From: Gammaproteobacteria bacterium
GTDB taxonomy: Bacteria > Pseudomonadota > Gammaproteobacteria > HK1
NCBI GenBank assembly: GCA_965221725.1
Contig: OZ244909.1
Span: forward strand, 2,629,925-2,693,924
DNA: 64,000 bases
Reading direction: 5' to 3'
Below, piece after piece: positions 20,501 through 29,119 of this stretch. Position 1 is the stretch's first letter; the number at the start of each line of letters is the position of its first letter. The translations under genes and the position numbers were made by a program. The notes under the pieces were generated by a model. The model was not told the DNA's origin. It was given only the letters and a program-made list of their open reading frames with translations, and made no database searches.

Positions 20501-21332
20501 CGTTCTGGTCCCCGTGTCGAACGAACCGCAAGTACTCAAGCGGTACGCCGGGGATCGCTGCCTTGCGCCGAAGCTCCATTTCGCTGGTCGCACCGCTCAA
20601 TTCGTCGTCGCTCAGGCGGCGCGCCGCCCACCAAGCCCCCAACGTGTTGTCGAGCAGAAACGCCACCATGTAGGGCTCGGTGAAGAGCTGTGTCACCGCC
20701 GGCAGTTCGTCCGTTCCGATCTTGACCTCGGAGCGGTTGACCTCGTCCTTCTTCTTGGATTGCCAGAACTGATAGGCCCAGCCGAGCACGTCCGTCGCAA
20801 CGAATATGTCCACCGGCAAGCTCTCGATCAGTTCTTCCAGCTTCAGGCGGTGTTCACGTGCGAATCGAACCTCAAAGGCTGGATGTGCGGGCCTGAACAC
20901 CTGCGGCAACATCCGATGGGCGAAACGGGTAGCCATCGCCCATTTGCCGAGACCCTCGTCCTTCCCCAAATCTTCGCAGTCCTTCAGAGAGACCGAGACA
21001 TCTCCCCACTCAGACGCGATCAGCAGATTGTTCTCCGCCAGAAAACGCGCGAACAGCATGCCGTTCCAGTGCTCGTATGCGCATTCGATCACCAAGCGAT
21101 CGATTGACTGAGTTCCCAAGCGCGCATCCCGCCGATCTCCGAGCTGCCGTCCGTGAGCACGCAGCCGCCGGCGCAGATTTCGTTCCTCAGAACCCATGTG
21201 CTCGTACGGCTCGCGGTGGTGCACGGCCAACGACTCAAGCGCCGCTCTCGCGCCGGCTTCGGCCGCTTCCCTGGCGCCCAAAATGACTCGTTCGAGCCGT
21301 TTCCTCAGCTCCGCCGCAACGGTTGCGTTCAT
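17541..21332 (-). CDS. pglX: BREX adenine methyltransferase PglX
   Basis: PAVTQLFTEPYMV, LDPCCGSGHFL (SAM binding), TNVPY (motif IV variant) and RPFIWHIWDG; expected position between brxC and pglZ. Confidence 0.92.
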   Translation of the reverse strand: MNATVAAELRKRLERVILGAREAAEAGARAALESLAVHHREPYEHMGSEERNLRRRLRAHGRQLGDRRDARLGTQSIDRLVIECAYEHWNGMLFARFLAENNLLIASEWGDVSVSLKDCEDLGKDEGLGKWAMATRFAHRMLPQVFRPAHPAFEVRFAREHRLKLEELIESLPVDIFVATDVLGWAYQFWQSKKKDEVNRSEVKIGTDELPAVTQLFTEPYMVAFLLDNTLGAWWAARRLSDDELSGATSEMELRRKAAIPGVPLEYLRFVRHGDQNEATEPKSAGADTGAGEGVTATESGESSTLVGSDAVAVDPGQASHLHEAKPGRWHPAAGAFDRWPERLSELRILDPCCGSGHFLVAAFSMLVPMRMELEGLSARDAVDAVLRENLYGLELDSRCVEVAAFALALAAWTYSGTEDYRLLPEMNLACSGLAPNATKEQWTALSERAAAASGLPPGRDLFDVDDTLVSAPLRNSMETLYELFSQAPVLGSLIDPHALQADLFQHDFESIRELFAVVLEQERTSDDEIERAVAARGMARAAQLLSERYTLVVTNVPYLARGKQSQALRAFCERRHPRAKHDLATAFLERCLELCTEGGTASLVLPQNWLFLASYRKLRQGLLKTATWHMLARLGPGAFETVTGEVVKAILLTLGHEHPHSRFDGVTAVISTPPAMRGLDVSNFRTASEKAARLRDAETLSVEQAEQLGNPDARVTLELPSSAALLEKYALAPNGMHGGDSLRFRMYFWEVALGNSLWCRFQTPVDETMHYGGRERVFFWADGGRIHYENPNAYVKGRAVWEKQGIAVRVMRELPATLYSGDLFDISCVPIVPKNPDHLLPVLCFCSSPEYNEAVRRIDQKLNVTNATLAKVPFDLDRWTNVASEQYPNGLPRPYSDDPTQWIFHGHPCGSVIWDETRKHIVHGPLRTDPTVLHVAVARLFAYRWPAEQDFDMELADEQREWVWRTTALLKLVDEDGIVCIPPVRGEPPAWDRLLGLLAAAYGDTWSDAVLTTILANVDSNSLEEWLRDRFFDQHCKVFHHRPFIWHIWDGRRRDGFHALVNYHKLAAGDGKGRRLLESLTYSYLGDWITRQRDAAQRREAGAEDRLAAAHELKRRLEAILEGAPPFDIFVRWKPIHEQPIGWEPDINDGVRLNIRPFMAEDIPGGKKGAGILRTRPKISWKKDRGKEVLEPVKRSKPAWRQDDEATDVDEDHELRPREDYPWFWNCPGEGSQTGRTDFPGGSDFDGNRWNDLQWNAFTAEE

Positions 21333-21625
21333 TTACTTCCGCACTCCCATCGAGTGACGCGAAAGAAGATACTCGGCGACTATCCCCATGCACTCCGTGA
21401 CGGTCCTGGCTTCAGCCCGCGTAATGCTCGGGAGCCATGGGTGTCCATGGCCGGTACCTTGCTTGTTGCGAAGCTGATTGATACCACATGCCAGCTCGTA
21501 CATGGCCCTCTCGATTCGTTGCATTGGGTTCCCGCCGCTCGTAGCGCCGTGAAGAGTAGACAGATTGAGGGAAGAAAAAGCCTGCCCCAGGAGCGTTGGG
21601 AAGTTCGATGTTTGCGGATTGCCGA
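21333..21625 (-). pseudogene. Abortive-infection family (Abi_C/HEPN-like) C-terminal remnant
   Basis: NFPTLLGQAF...RIERAMYELACGINQLRNKQGTGHGHPWLPSIT...IVAEYLL has the RNxxGxGHG pattern of Abi_C proteins. It has no N-terminus or start of its own. The 5' boundary is approximate. Confidence 0.6.
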
Positions 21626-22073
21626 CATTCTTGTCTCTTCGTTCTCCGATCCCGATTCCACGAAATCCACATGTGCCATCTCTCCGCCGGTGCTGAAGTG
21701 TGCGTCCGACGTAATCGAGTCGGGATGTTCGGGCCTCAACTCCTCCGAGTTCACTCGAAACCGTTGGCCCCTTTACAAGAATGTCAATGTGTAGCGAAGT
21801 GCTCGCGTTTCGCCGTACGAGAGGACAACTTCGACTTGCGCGACACCTCCCGTCGCATCGCCCCGCCAGATCCAGCCGTGCACGCCGCCGCCCGTCACGA
21901 ATCGGAGCATGCAAGTCCCGCGGCGCTGCTTTCAGCAGTCCGATTGTTGCGATGAAATTCGACTTGCCGGATCCGTTTGGACCGATCAGAACGTTCAGCG
22001 GCTCGAGCTTCAACTCTTGCGCGCTTGAACCGAAAGAGAGCACGTCGGTCAGCGGGATGCGGTTGATCAGCAT
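21626..22073 (-). pseudogene. AAA-family ATPase N-terminal remnant (frameshift, nonsense codon, truncation)
   Basis: MLINRI...LNVLIGPNGSGKSNF (Walker A). A +1 frameshift near 21893 (GACGGGCGGCGGCGTG) continues as GGVHGWIWRG, with an in-frame TAA at ~21773. No Walker B. Confidence 0.75.
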
Positions 22074-22089
22074 GGCTCGTCCTCTTCTG

Positions 22090-25000
22090 TCAATCGATCA
22101 CGATAGGGCCGTGCTCGATCGCCTCCAAAAGGCGTTGCTCGGTCTGCCTGGTCCAAGTTTTCACGTCATCCGGGGTGCGAAGGGTAGAGCTCTCCAGCTT
22201 CAGGTGGCGGGTCGTCGGCTCGACAAGGCGGTCAGCTTCGGCACGGGCCTCCGTGAACCATTGCGGGAGTGCGGCGGTACGAGTTCGCCAATCGTCGAGT
22301 GAGATGCGCTCGATGGATTCCAGCACCTCCTGCTCGGTGCCGATGGTGCCCTTGGTCGCCTTCTCGATGCGCAAGTGGGCGAAGATGGCGTCGCGGCTCT
22401 CCGGTTCGATCGTTCGCCAGATCTCGGTGCCTTCCAGGCGTTGCCGCTCCGATTCGTAGGCTTGATGATGCCGTGACTCCGCTTCCACGATCGCGGTTCT
22501 GAGCGCGTCCACCAGCAACCTCCCGATCTCCGGTAGTGGGTCCGATGCGTCGAGCAGTCGACGGTTAGCGACGATTGCTTCGATCTGAGGCTTGGCTTCC
22601 TTTGCCGCATGCAGGCCATCCGCATGTCGGAGGAGCGCCTCCAGTCGCTGGAACGCAGGCAGTCGTTCCACGGCCAGCGTTCCCGCCGCCGCCCACTCAT
22701 TGGTGTTTGCGACGAGGACATCATGCCGATCCAGAATGGCGAGCAACTGCTCGTTGCCCGCAAGTGACGTCAGCTCCGACAGGTGCCGGGTATCGGGACA
22801 CTCCGGCAGCGGCGCGTCGCCACCCGCACCCCGAGCCAACTCGTCGAGGCGGTTCAGCAACCGTCCTGCGGCAGCGGCCTCCTCGTTCGGCTTGCAGTCG
22901 ATTCCGGCGGTCTGGAACAGGCTGCGCAGCTTCAGGCGCTGGCGGGTGCTGATGGTTGCGCTCTCGGTCCGGAAGTCCGTGCTCGGCACCTTCGCCTGAT
23001 CGAGTTGTCCCGGGTGCAGCGCCACGCCGTTCGCAGTAGCCCGAAGGTGACCGGCTCCGAACAGACTGATTAGTGCTGCATCAATGGCATCCCGCGGCCA
23101 ACCGCAGGGCGGGTCGGAGAAATGCGAACGCACGTCGCGTCCCCGCTTGCCGGCACCGACGAAGGTCAGGACGGCAGCGCATACCGGGTGCTCCTCGGTC
23201 TTGCCGCTGTAGGCGAGCACTTCGAGCGGATGTTCGGCCCCGGCGCGGGCCCGCTCGATCACCTTTGCCCACCGGTCGTAGTCCGCGTCGTTGAACTTGT
23301 GAAAGAGCCGGACCAGGGAGGCGTCGGCGGCCTCCCGGACCTTGTCGGACAGGTTCGACTCGGGCCGCTCGTTGCCGCCGCCCTGGATCACCCTGGCGCT
23401 GCCCACCACGTCGGCCACCACCGCCCGCAGGTAGTTCTCCGCCTCGGTCAGGCGGGTCTCCATGCCCTGGCGCGCCTCGATGCCTTCGGGCATCGATGGC
23501 ACTCCCTTGTATTCCAGAGTGGACTTCGCAGCGTCCCGATCAGCGATGAGACGCGCGAGACCTTCCGCCTGCGACTTCGGCACGAAAACATGGATGACCG
23601 GGCTGTCCGTTCCGGCCGCCCGCGCGTCGGCCACCACCGCACTCTCCCGGGCGCCCCACCCGTCGCGCACCCACATCGGGACGTCTCGGCCACCGTCCGC
23701 CGGTGGATCGGCGCCGAAGTGGAGGGAGAGCCTGCGCGGCTCCTTGCTCGCTCCGTGGGACAGCCTCGTGGAACCCACCGCCTTGTGTATCGCTTCGCCG
23801 AGGAGCGCGGCGCGTTCGGTCGCCATACGCGCGAGGTCGTTCGCGAGCCGGCTTTTCCGATTGCGGAACTCGGTTTCCCAATCGCTGCTTTCCCGGGTTT
23901 GCAGGCCGTACTCGTCGCTGAGCTTCAGCAACGTGCCGGCATCCACGAGCTCGTCCAGGAGCTTTGGCAACCGTCCTCGCAGCGTCGCCCCGTCACCAGC
24001 CAGGTTCTCGACCAGCAAGTCTGCCAATGTCTCCGTGTTCGCACGCACGCCGATGTCGGCCCCCGCTTCGCGCGGAAGCTTGCGGATCAGGAACACAAGG
24101 GCGCAGAGCCGAGATTTCAACGCTCCCTCCGGCGTGGAGTCGTCACGTTGCTTGACGATTGCCTCGTTGATCTCCCGGAGCAGCACGCCGGTCTGAAGCA
24201 GGTTGGCCGAGATCTCGTCGAACAGGAAATCCGCTGGTACCACCGTGCCTACGGGCTCTTCGGCGGTGCGGCGGATGGCGTCGTAGACGATGCGAAGCTG
24301 CGTGCGAAGCTGGCCGGCCATGCCCGCGCGGTCGACCGCGCGCAGCGTGTGTTCCCAGAAGCGCCGGCGAACCGGCAGCAACGGATAGTCATCGACCAGA
24401 ATGGACTTGTCCTCGCCGCGAGGGGCGATGCGGGTGGTGACCAGATGGCGATCGATCTCTCCAGCGCTCGCGTCGAGCGAGGACTGAATGTCCTGCACGC
24501 GATCCGGACGCTTCGCCAGCACCACCCGCCGGATCACGGTCTCGACGTCACGGTCCGAAAGCTCGACGTTGACCGTGAACCGACCCTGGAGTCGTTGCAG
24601 CGCAGGCGTGCCGGACAGCGCCGTCTGTCCGGTCCCGACAAAGAGAAGACGATTGCCGAACCGCTTGCTACACGCTTCGACAATCTCCTGTACGACGTAG
24701 GAACGGCCGGTGTCGTCTCCGATGTACTGCTGCACCTCGTCGAGGATGACGACGGTTCCCGGCATCTTGCCCTCCGGGGCGAGCGCATCCTGAAGCGCGG
24801 TGATGAACTCCTCGTTCGTGATGTCGTTCGGCTTGGGAAACTGGCTCCGCAGTGCCTGTCTCGCTTCCTTCTCGCCAGCGGCAAAGCTCGGGTCTGCGGC
24901 AAGCAGTGCGCCGGCGATGAGCGGACTCACGTAGAGGTCGTTCAGCTCTCGCCGAAAATCCCGGCCTCGCTCTTCGAGTGCTGTGCTCACCTGGTCGTAG

Positions 25001-25536
25001 ATTCCGTTTCTCTCGAGCCAGAGGCGGAAGCGCGCCTGGGGCAGCCCCTCGGGCAGACCCAGTGACTTGAACACGATACCAAGGAGGGCAAGTCTGACAC
25101 TGTCCCCGGTCCCGGTTTCGAGCGTTCCCGCCGCGGCGTGCAGACCGTGGCCTCGCCTCCCGATGGTGGAGATTTCCGTCAGCAGCTCGTGCACGTCGTT
25201 CGGCAGCCGCGCGAGTCCGCGGGCGCTGGCTTTGTCTTCGGGGAAGGTGTAGTCCGTCCAGAGGAAGCGCAGCATTTTCGCCAAGTGAGACTTGCCGCTG
25301 CCGAAGAAGCCGCTGATCCACGCGGCCGCTTGCTCGGGCTGATCCTGATGGTTTACGTAGGACTCCAGGATTCGAACCAGCCCGCTGCGATACTGACCCT
25401 CGCAGACGAAGTGCTCCAGCTCGAAGCGCAGCGTCTGGCGCTCGTTGGGGTCCAGAGCGTCGGTCATGGCCGCGACGCCGTTGTTAAGGAGCGTGATCCG
25501 ATCGGGATCCTTCCGATAGACCTCCCTGTTCTTCAT
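22090..25536 (-). CDS. brxC: BREX P-loop ATPase BrxC (DUF6079 family)
   Basis: WISGFFGSGKSHL Walker A, ILDEVQQYIG Walker B and YPLLP; 1148 aa. Confidence 0.92.
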   Translation of the reverse strand: MKNREVYRKDPDRITLLNNGVAAMTDALDPNERQTLRFELEHFVCEGQYRSGLVRILESYVNHQDQPEQAAAWISGFFGSGKSHLAKMLRFLWTDYTFPEDKASARGLARLPNDVHELLTEISTIGRRGHGLHAAAGTLETGTGDSVRLALLGIVFKSLGLPEGLPQARFRLWLERNGIYDQVSTALEERGRDFRRELNDLYVSPLIAGALLAADPSFAAGEKEARQALRSQFPKPNDITNEEFITALQDALAPEGKMPGTVVILDEVQQYIGDDTGRSYVVQEIVEACSKRFGNRLLFVGTGQTALSGTPALQRLQGRFTVNVELSDRDVETVIRRVVLAKRPDRVQDIQSSLDASAGEIDRHLVTTRIAPRGEDKSILVDDYPLLPVRRRFWEHTLRAVDRAGMAGQLRTQLRIVYDAIRRTAEEPVGTVVPADFLFDEISANLLQTGVLLREINEAIVKQRDDSTPEGALKSRLCALVFLIRKLPREAGADIGVRANTETLADLLVENLAGDGATLRGRLPKLLDELVDAGTLLKLSDEYGLQTRESSDWETEFRNRKSRLANDLARMATERAALLGEAIHKAVGSTRLSHGASKEPRRLSLHFGADPPADGGRDVPMWVRDGWGARESAVVADARAAGTDSPVIHVFVPKSQAEGLARLIADRDAAKSTLEYKGVPSMPEGIEARQGMETRLTEAENYLRAVVADVVGSARVIQGGGNERPESNLSDKVREAADASLVRLFHKFNDADYDRWAKVIERARAGAEHPLEVLAYSGKTEEHPVCAAVLTFVGAGKRGRDVRSHFSDPPCGWPRDAIDAALISLFGAGHLRATANGVALHPGQLDQAKVPSTDFRTESATISTRQRLKLRSLFQTAGIDCKPNEEAAAAGRLLNRLDELARGAGGDAPLPECPDTRHLSELTSLAGNEQLLAILDRHDVLVANTNEWAAAGTLAVERLPAFQRLEALLRHADGLHAAKEAKPQIEAIVANRRLLDASDPLPEIGRLLVDALRTAIVEAESRHHQAYESERQRLEGTEIWRTIEPESRDAIFAHLRIEKATKGTIGTEQEVLESIERISLDDWRTRTAALPQWFTEARAEADRLVEPTTRHLKLESSTLRTPDDVKTWTRQTEQRLLEAIEHGPIVID

Positions 25537-26150
25537 GCTTCTCCCTCACCCCATACCCCTCTCTCGGGGGGAGAGGGGCTTGCGTCGTACGCCCCCGGGT
25601 CTTCCTGCAAGGTGATCGGGACCGCAAGGTAGTTCCATCCGTCCCTTGCATCCAGCAGGCGATAGTTGCTGTCCACGTACTCACCGGGAAAGAACACCAC
25701 GATTCGGCCTCGCACGTCGCGTTCGATCGCCCGCATGACCTCCGAAACCCGAATGAACCCGAACAGCGATGCGATGCCGAACAGGGCGACGACTGACTCC
25801 TCGTCGGATTCGGGTGCGTTCAGAATCGTCCGCACTCGACCGACGGTGTGCTCGAGGAAATCATCCTCGATCTTGAGATCGAGGTCCCCCGGTGACTCGA
25901 AGTAACTCTCCCGATACTCAACCTTGTTGGTCATCCACTCCGCGAACGCATCGGTCAGATCGCACTCGATCCAGTGGTGGCCCGCACTGCTGGTCGCCAT
26001 CTTGAAGAGTGTCTTGCGTGCCCGTAGCCGCCGCTCATCGGCCTTGTCGTAGACGACGAATATCGCCCGCTGGGCTCCAGCGAGATCCTTCTCCCACGCG
26101 AGGGAGATGTGTCGCTCGTAGCGCTCAGCGAGTCTGTCGATGCGGCCCAC
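25533..26150 (-). CDS. brxB: BREX protein BrxB (DUF1788)
   Basis: VVYDKADERRLR...GRIVVFFPGEYVDSNYRLLDARDGWNYLAVPI; lies immediately upstream of brxC. Confidence 0.85.
   Translation of the reverse strand: MGRIDRLAERYERHISLAWEKDLAGAQRAIFVVYDKADERRLRARKTLFKMATSSAGHHWIECDLTDAFAEWMTNKVEYRESYFESPGDLDLKIEDDFLEHTVGRVRTILNAPESDEESVVALFGIASLFGFIRVSEVMRAIERDVRGRIVVFFPGEYVDSNYRLLDARDGWNYLAVPITLQEDPGAYDASPSPPERGVWGEGEA
25543..25578. repeat. Second copy (opposite orientation) of the REP-like palindrome, forming the brxB C-terminal tail
   Basis: CCCTCACCCCatac followed by CCCCTCTCTC-ggg-GGGAGAGGGG; reads SPSPPERGVWGEG in brxB. Confidence 0.8.
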
Positions 26151-26964
26151 GGGTCAGCTCCCATTCTCTCCTGGTAAACATCATCGGAAAGGACACGTCG
26201 AGCATCTGGCCCGAATGCTTGAGGTCGAGCAGCCCCAACCGATTTGCGTCGACGGCGCTGTCGACGAGAGCGCCGGGGGACGCATCGAGAATTGCGGTCC
26301 ACGGTGTCTCGAGCAGCAATCGGCCGCGACGACCTGTCGCGAACCCGACCAGCAATGCGAACGTCACCGCTGCCGCGGGCGCTGCGACGCGCTGCCTGGT
26401 CTTGCGCCCGCGGCCTCGAAGGTGGCCGGACTGTGTCCAGGAAGATGCGGCGTTGCGCACGACCTTGTCGAGCGTCGACCCGTTCAGGCGATCTCCGACG
26501 GATCCGACGAGTCCATCCTTCATGGCTTGTCGCCCGAACTCGTGGCCGATTGGCGTGGCGATCACCGCTCCGGCAGTAGCACGAAGCAAGGGGTCGCGGA
26601 CGAGGGCGAGAAGCAGCGCCAGCAGGGGCCGGCTGGACGAGTGGCGCCCCCACAGGCTCCTGAGCGCACGGAATAGAAGCAGCCGTCCATCCAGTCCGTA
26701 AAGCTCGGTCAGGCGCTGAAGCGAGAGCTGGCGAGTCGCTGCCGTTCGCTTCCCGAGACAGTTGTCGTGCGTGATGGCCTCGGCGTAGTCCTGACGGCGC
26801 GCCTCGCCCGGAACCGCGACCAGGAGTTGAGACAGCTCGTCGAGCATGATCGTGCGGCTGGTGTGGGTGCCGCGATCGCCGGAGCGAAAGCCCCAGAGGG
26901 AGGCCTGAAGTTCGGGCAGGCCAGCGATCCCGGGCTCGAAATTCAGGACGGAAATTGCGCGCAT
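26125..26964 (-). CDS. brxA: BrxA-like protein (first gene of the BREX operon)
   Basis: WGFRSGDRGTHTSRTIMLDEL...NCLGKRTAATR...VRNAASSWTQSGHL. Assigned mainly from position upstream of brxB-brxC; start uncertain. Confidence 0.65.
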   Translation of the reverse strand: MRAISVLNFEPGIAGLPELQASLWGFRSGDRGTHTSRTIMLDELSQLLVAVPGEARRQDYAEAITHDNCLGKRTAATRQLSLQRLTELYGLDGRLLLFRALRSLWGRHSSSRPLLALLLALVRDPLLRATAGAVIATPIGHEFGRQAMKDGLVGSVGDRLNGSTLDKVVRNAASSWTQSGHLRGRGRKTRQRVAAPAAAVTFALLVGFATGRRGRLLLETPWTAILDASPGALVDSAVDANRLGLLDLKHSGQMLDVSFPMMFTRREWELTRGPHRQTR

Positions 26965-27032
26965 GACGGGAAGGATAGAGGAGAGAAAGATGATGTCAAA
27001 TGTTCGCCGGCCAGTTTGCCGGCGGGTGTTCT

Positions 27033-27055
27033 CCTCTCTCTCCTCGGGAGAGAGG
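27033..27055. repeat. Degenerate third copy of the CTCTCCC/GGGAGAG hairpin upstream of brxA
   Basis: CTCTCTCC-tcg-GGAGAGAG perfect 8-bp stem (27036-27054). Confidence 0.55.
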
Positions 27056-27210
27056 CTTATCCGCATCCAGCGTGAAATGGCCCTGCCAAGCCGTGAGGGG
27101 GACTTCACCCGCATGCATATCCGACGCCGGATCGGCTGCTACTCGCCGGCGGTTCTGCTTGCAACGGTCGGGCCAGATGCGCCCACTCGCGGTGCGCGTC
27201 CCGCCCGAAG

Positions 27211-27891
27211 TCAACTCCCGACCGACGGATGCAGGTATCGGGCGACCAGGGCGATGGCGATGCCGATGATGACCGCCAGCGGGGGGAGCTCCATCAGCCC
27301 GCGCAGTGCGCCGCGGCCCGTGAACGGGATGAAGGGGGTGGCGGCGTGGAATCGTGCGAAGTGCGGGTCGCTTTCGGCGAGCTTGCGCCGGTCCTGGTGC
27401 CAGGAGCCGACGAGGACGAAGAGGATGATTCCGCCGTAGAACGCGACATCGCTCGCGAATCCGTCCGCGACGAGGTGGGCGAGGGCCCAGATCGCCAGGC
27501 CCATGAAGATCGCGTGGCGCGTGATGCGGTGTACGCCTCGCGGCTCGGCCCCGACCGCCCCCCCGACCATGGCCGGGCTCGGATTCATCACCCCGGCCAC
27601 CGTCAGCACGAAGCCGACCACGTTCGCGAGTACCAGCGCGAATTCGACGGCACCGGAGACCGGCACCGACCACAGCCGCGGCCCGGAGTGCAGGTGCGTG
27701 AAGTAGTAGTAGACGAGCGGCGCGAAGAACACCACCGCGACGATCGAGTACACGGCAGCGAACATCCGGTCCCCGAGCCGGGCCACCAGCGAGGCCCGTA
27801 TCGACCGGCTCGAGAGGATCATGTGGCTCGCCGCGAAGAGCAGCAGGAGTACGACGATGATGGCGGTGTCTTTTATCGGGTGACCTCCCAT
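27211..27891 (-). CDS. nnrU: NnrU-family membrane protein
   Basis: Hydrophobic; FAASHM, GVHRITRHAIFMGLAIWALAHL and HQDRRK...TPFIPF. Confidence 0.75.
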   Translation of the reverse strand: MGGHPIKDTAIIVVLLLLFAASHMILSSRSIRASLVARLGDRMFAAVYSIVAVVFFAPLVYYYFTHLHSGPRLWSVPVSGAVEFALVLANVVGFVLTVAGVMNPSPAMVGGAVGAEPRGVHRITRHAIFMGLAIWALAHLVADGFASDVAFYGGIILFVLVGSWHQDRRKLAESDPHFARFHAATPFIPFTGRGALRGLMELPPLAVIIGIAIALVARYLHPSVGS

Positions 27892-27906
27892 CGAATGATC
27901 TCGGGG

Positions 27907-28227
27907 TCATGCCTCGGCGTCGTGAACGAGGCGCTGGCGGGCGTGCTTGAGCTGTGAGCGCCGGCGCTTGTCCTCGAGCCGACGCCGCTTCGCGGCGGCG
28001 CTCGGCTTCGTGGGCGTTCGCGGTTTCTCCTCCACCGCGGCCCGGCGCACGAGCGTGACGAGCCGCTCCAGCGCATCCTCCCGGTTGCGTTCCCGGGTGC
28101 GGAACCGATGCGCGCTGATGACGATCTCGCCGTGCTTCGTCGCCCGCGTTCCCGCGAGCTCCAGCAATCGCGCGCGCACATCCTCGGGAAGTGACGGCGA
28201 GCCGCGGGCGTCGAAGCGAAGCTGCAC
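27907..28227 (-). pseudogene. arfB: Alternative ribosome-rescue peptidyl-tRNA hydrolase, 5'-truncated (GGQ motif lost)
   Basis: VQLRFDARGSPSLP...GEIVISAHRFRTRERNREDALERL...KPRTPTKPS...RRLEDKRRRS. The upstream GGQNVNK segment is absent. Confidence 0.8.
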
Positions 28228-29106
28228 CTCGGTGAGGACGCCCGGGACATCGACCGGCTGTGGGAACGGATGTGGTGGCACGTGCACTTCTGCGGGCGCG
28301 GGGGCGCCGCCGCGTTCGCCATCGCCGCCATCGACATCGCACTGTGGGATCTCGAAGGGCGGCGGCGCGGCGAGCCCCTGTGGCGGATGCTCGGTGGACA
28401 TCGGCGAAAGGTGCCGGCCTACGCGGGCGGTATCGACCTTTACTTCACCCTCGATGCGCTCCGGGAGCAGACCCGTGGATTTCTGGATCGCGGCTTCGGC
28501 GCGATCAAGATGAAGGTGGGACGCGAGCGGCTCGCGGAGGACGTGGAGCGGGTGGCGGCCGTGCGCGAGCTGGTCGGCCCGGACTTCCCGCTGATGGCGG
28601 ACGCGAACATGCGCTGGCAGGTGCATGAGGCGATCCGGGCGGCACGCGCCCTTGCGCCGTTCTCGCTGGTGTGGCTGGAGGAGCCGGTGATCCCCGACGA
28701 CGTGGACGGTCTCGCGCGGGTCGCGGTGGAGGGTGGGGTGCCGATCGCGACCGGTGAGAACCTGCACAGTGTCTACGAGTTCGAGCAGACCATCGCCCGG
28801 GGACGAGTGAGCTTTCCGGAGCCGGATGCGGCGACGCTCGGTGGCATCACCCCGTGGCTGCGGGTGGCGCGTCTCGCCGAGGCCCGCAACCTGCCGGTGA
28901 CCTCGCACGGTATCCACGACATCCACGTGCATCTGCTCGGCGCGGTCCCCAACGGCTCGTGGCTCGAGTTCCACGGCTTCGGGCTCGAACGCTTCCTGGC
29001 CGAGCCGCTACGGCTCGAAGATGGCGGCGCCGTCGCTCCGGACCGCCCCGGCCACGGCGTCGAGCTCGACTTCGACGCGCTGGATGCCCACCGCGTCCGG
29101 ACCTGA
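28228..29106 (+). pseudogene. Mandelate racemase/muconate lactonising enzyme family protein, 5'-truncated
   Basis: LGEDARDIDRLWERMWW...AIDIALWDL...IKMKVG...LMADAN...WLEEP...IATGEN. The N-terminal capping-domain strands and start are missing. Confidence 0.75.
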
Positions 29107-29119
29107 TGGTCGGTCGGCG

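Noticed and set aside
21333-22073. 246-aa ORF as an intact AAA ATPase
   Set aside because: It lacks Walker B, the middle is out of frame, and the C-terminus belongs to a different family; reported as two remnants.
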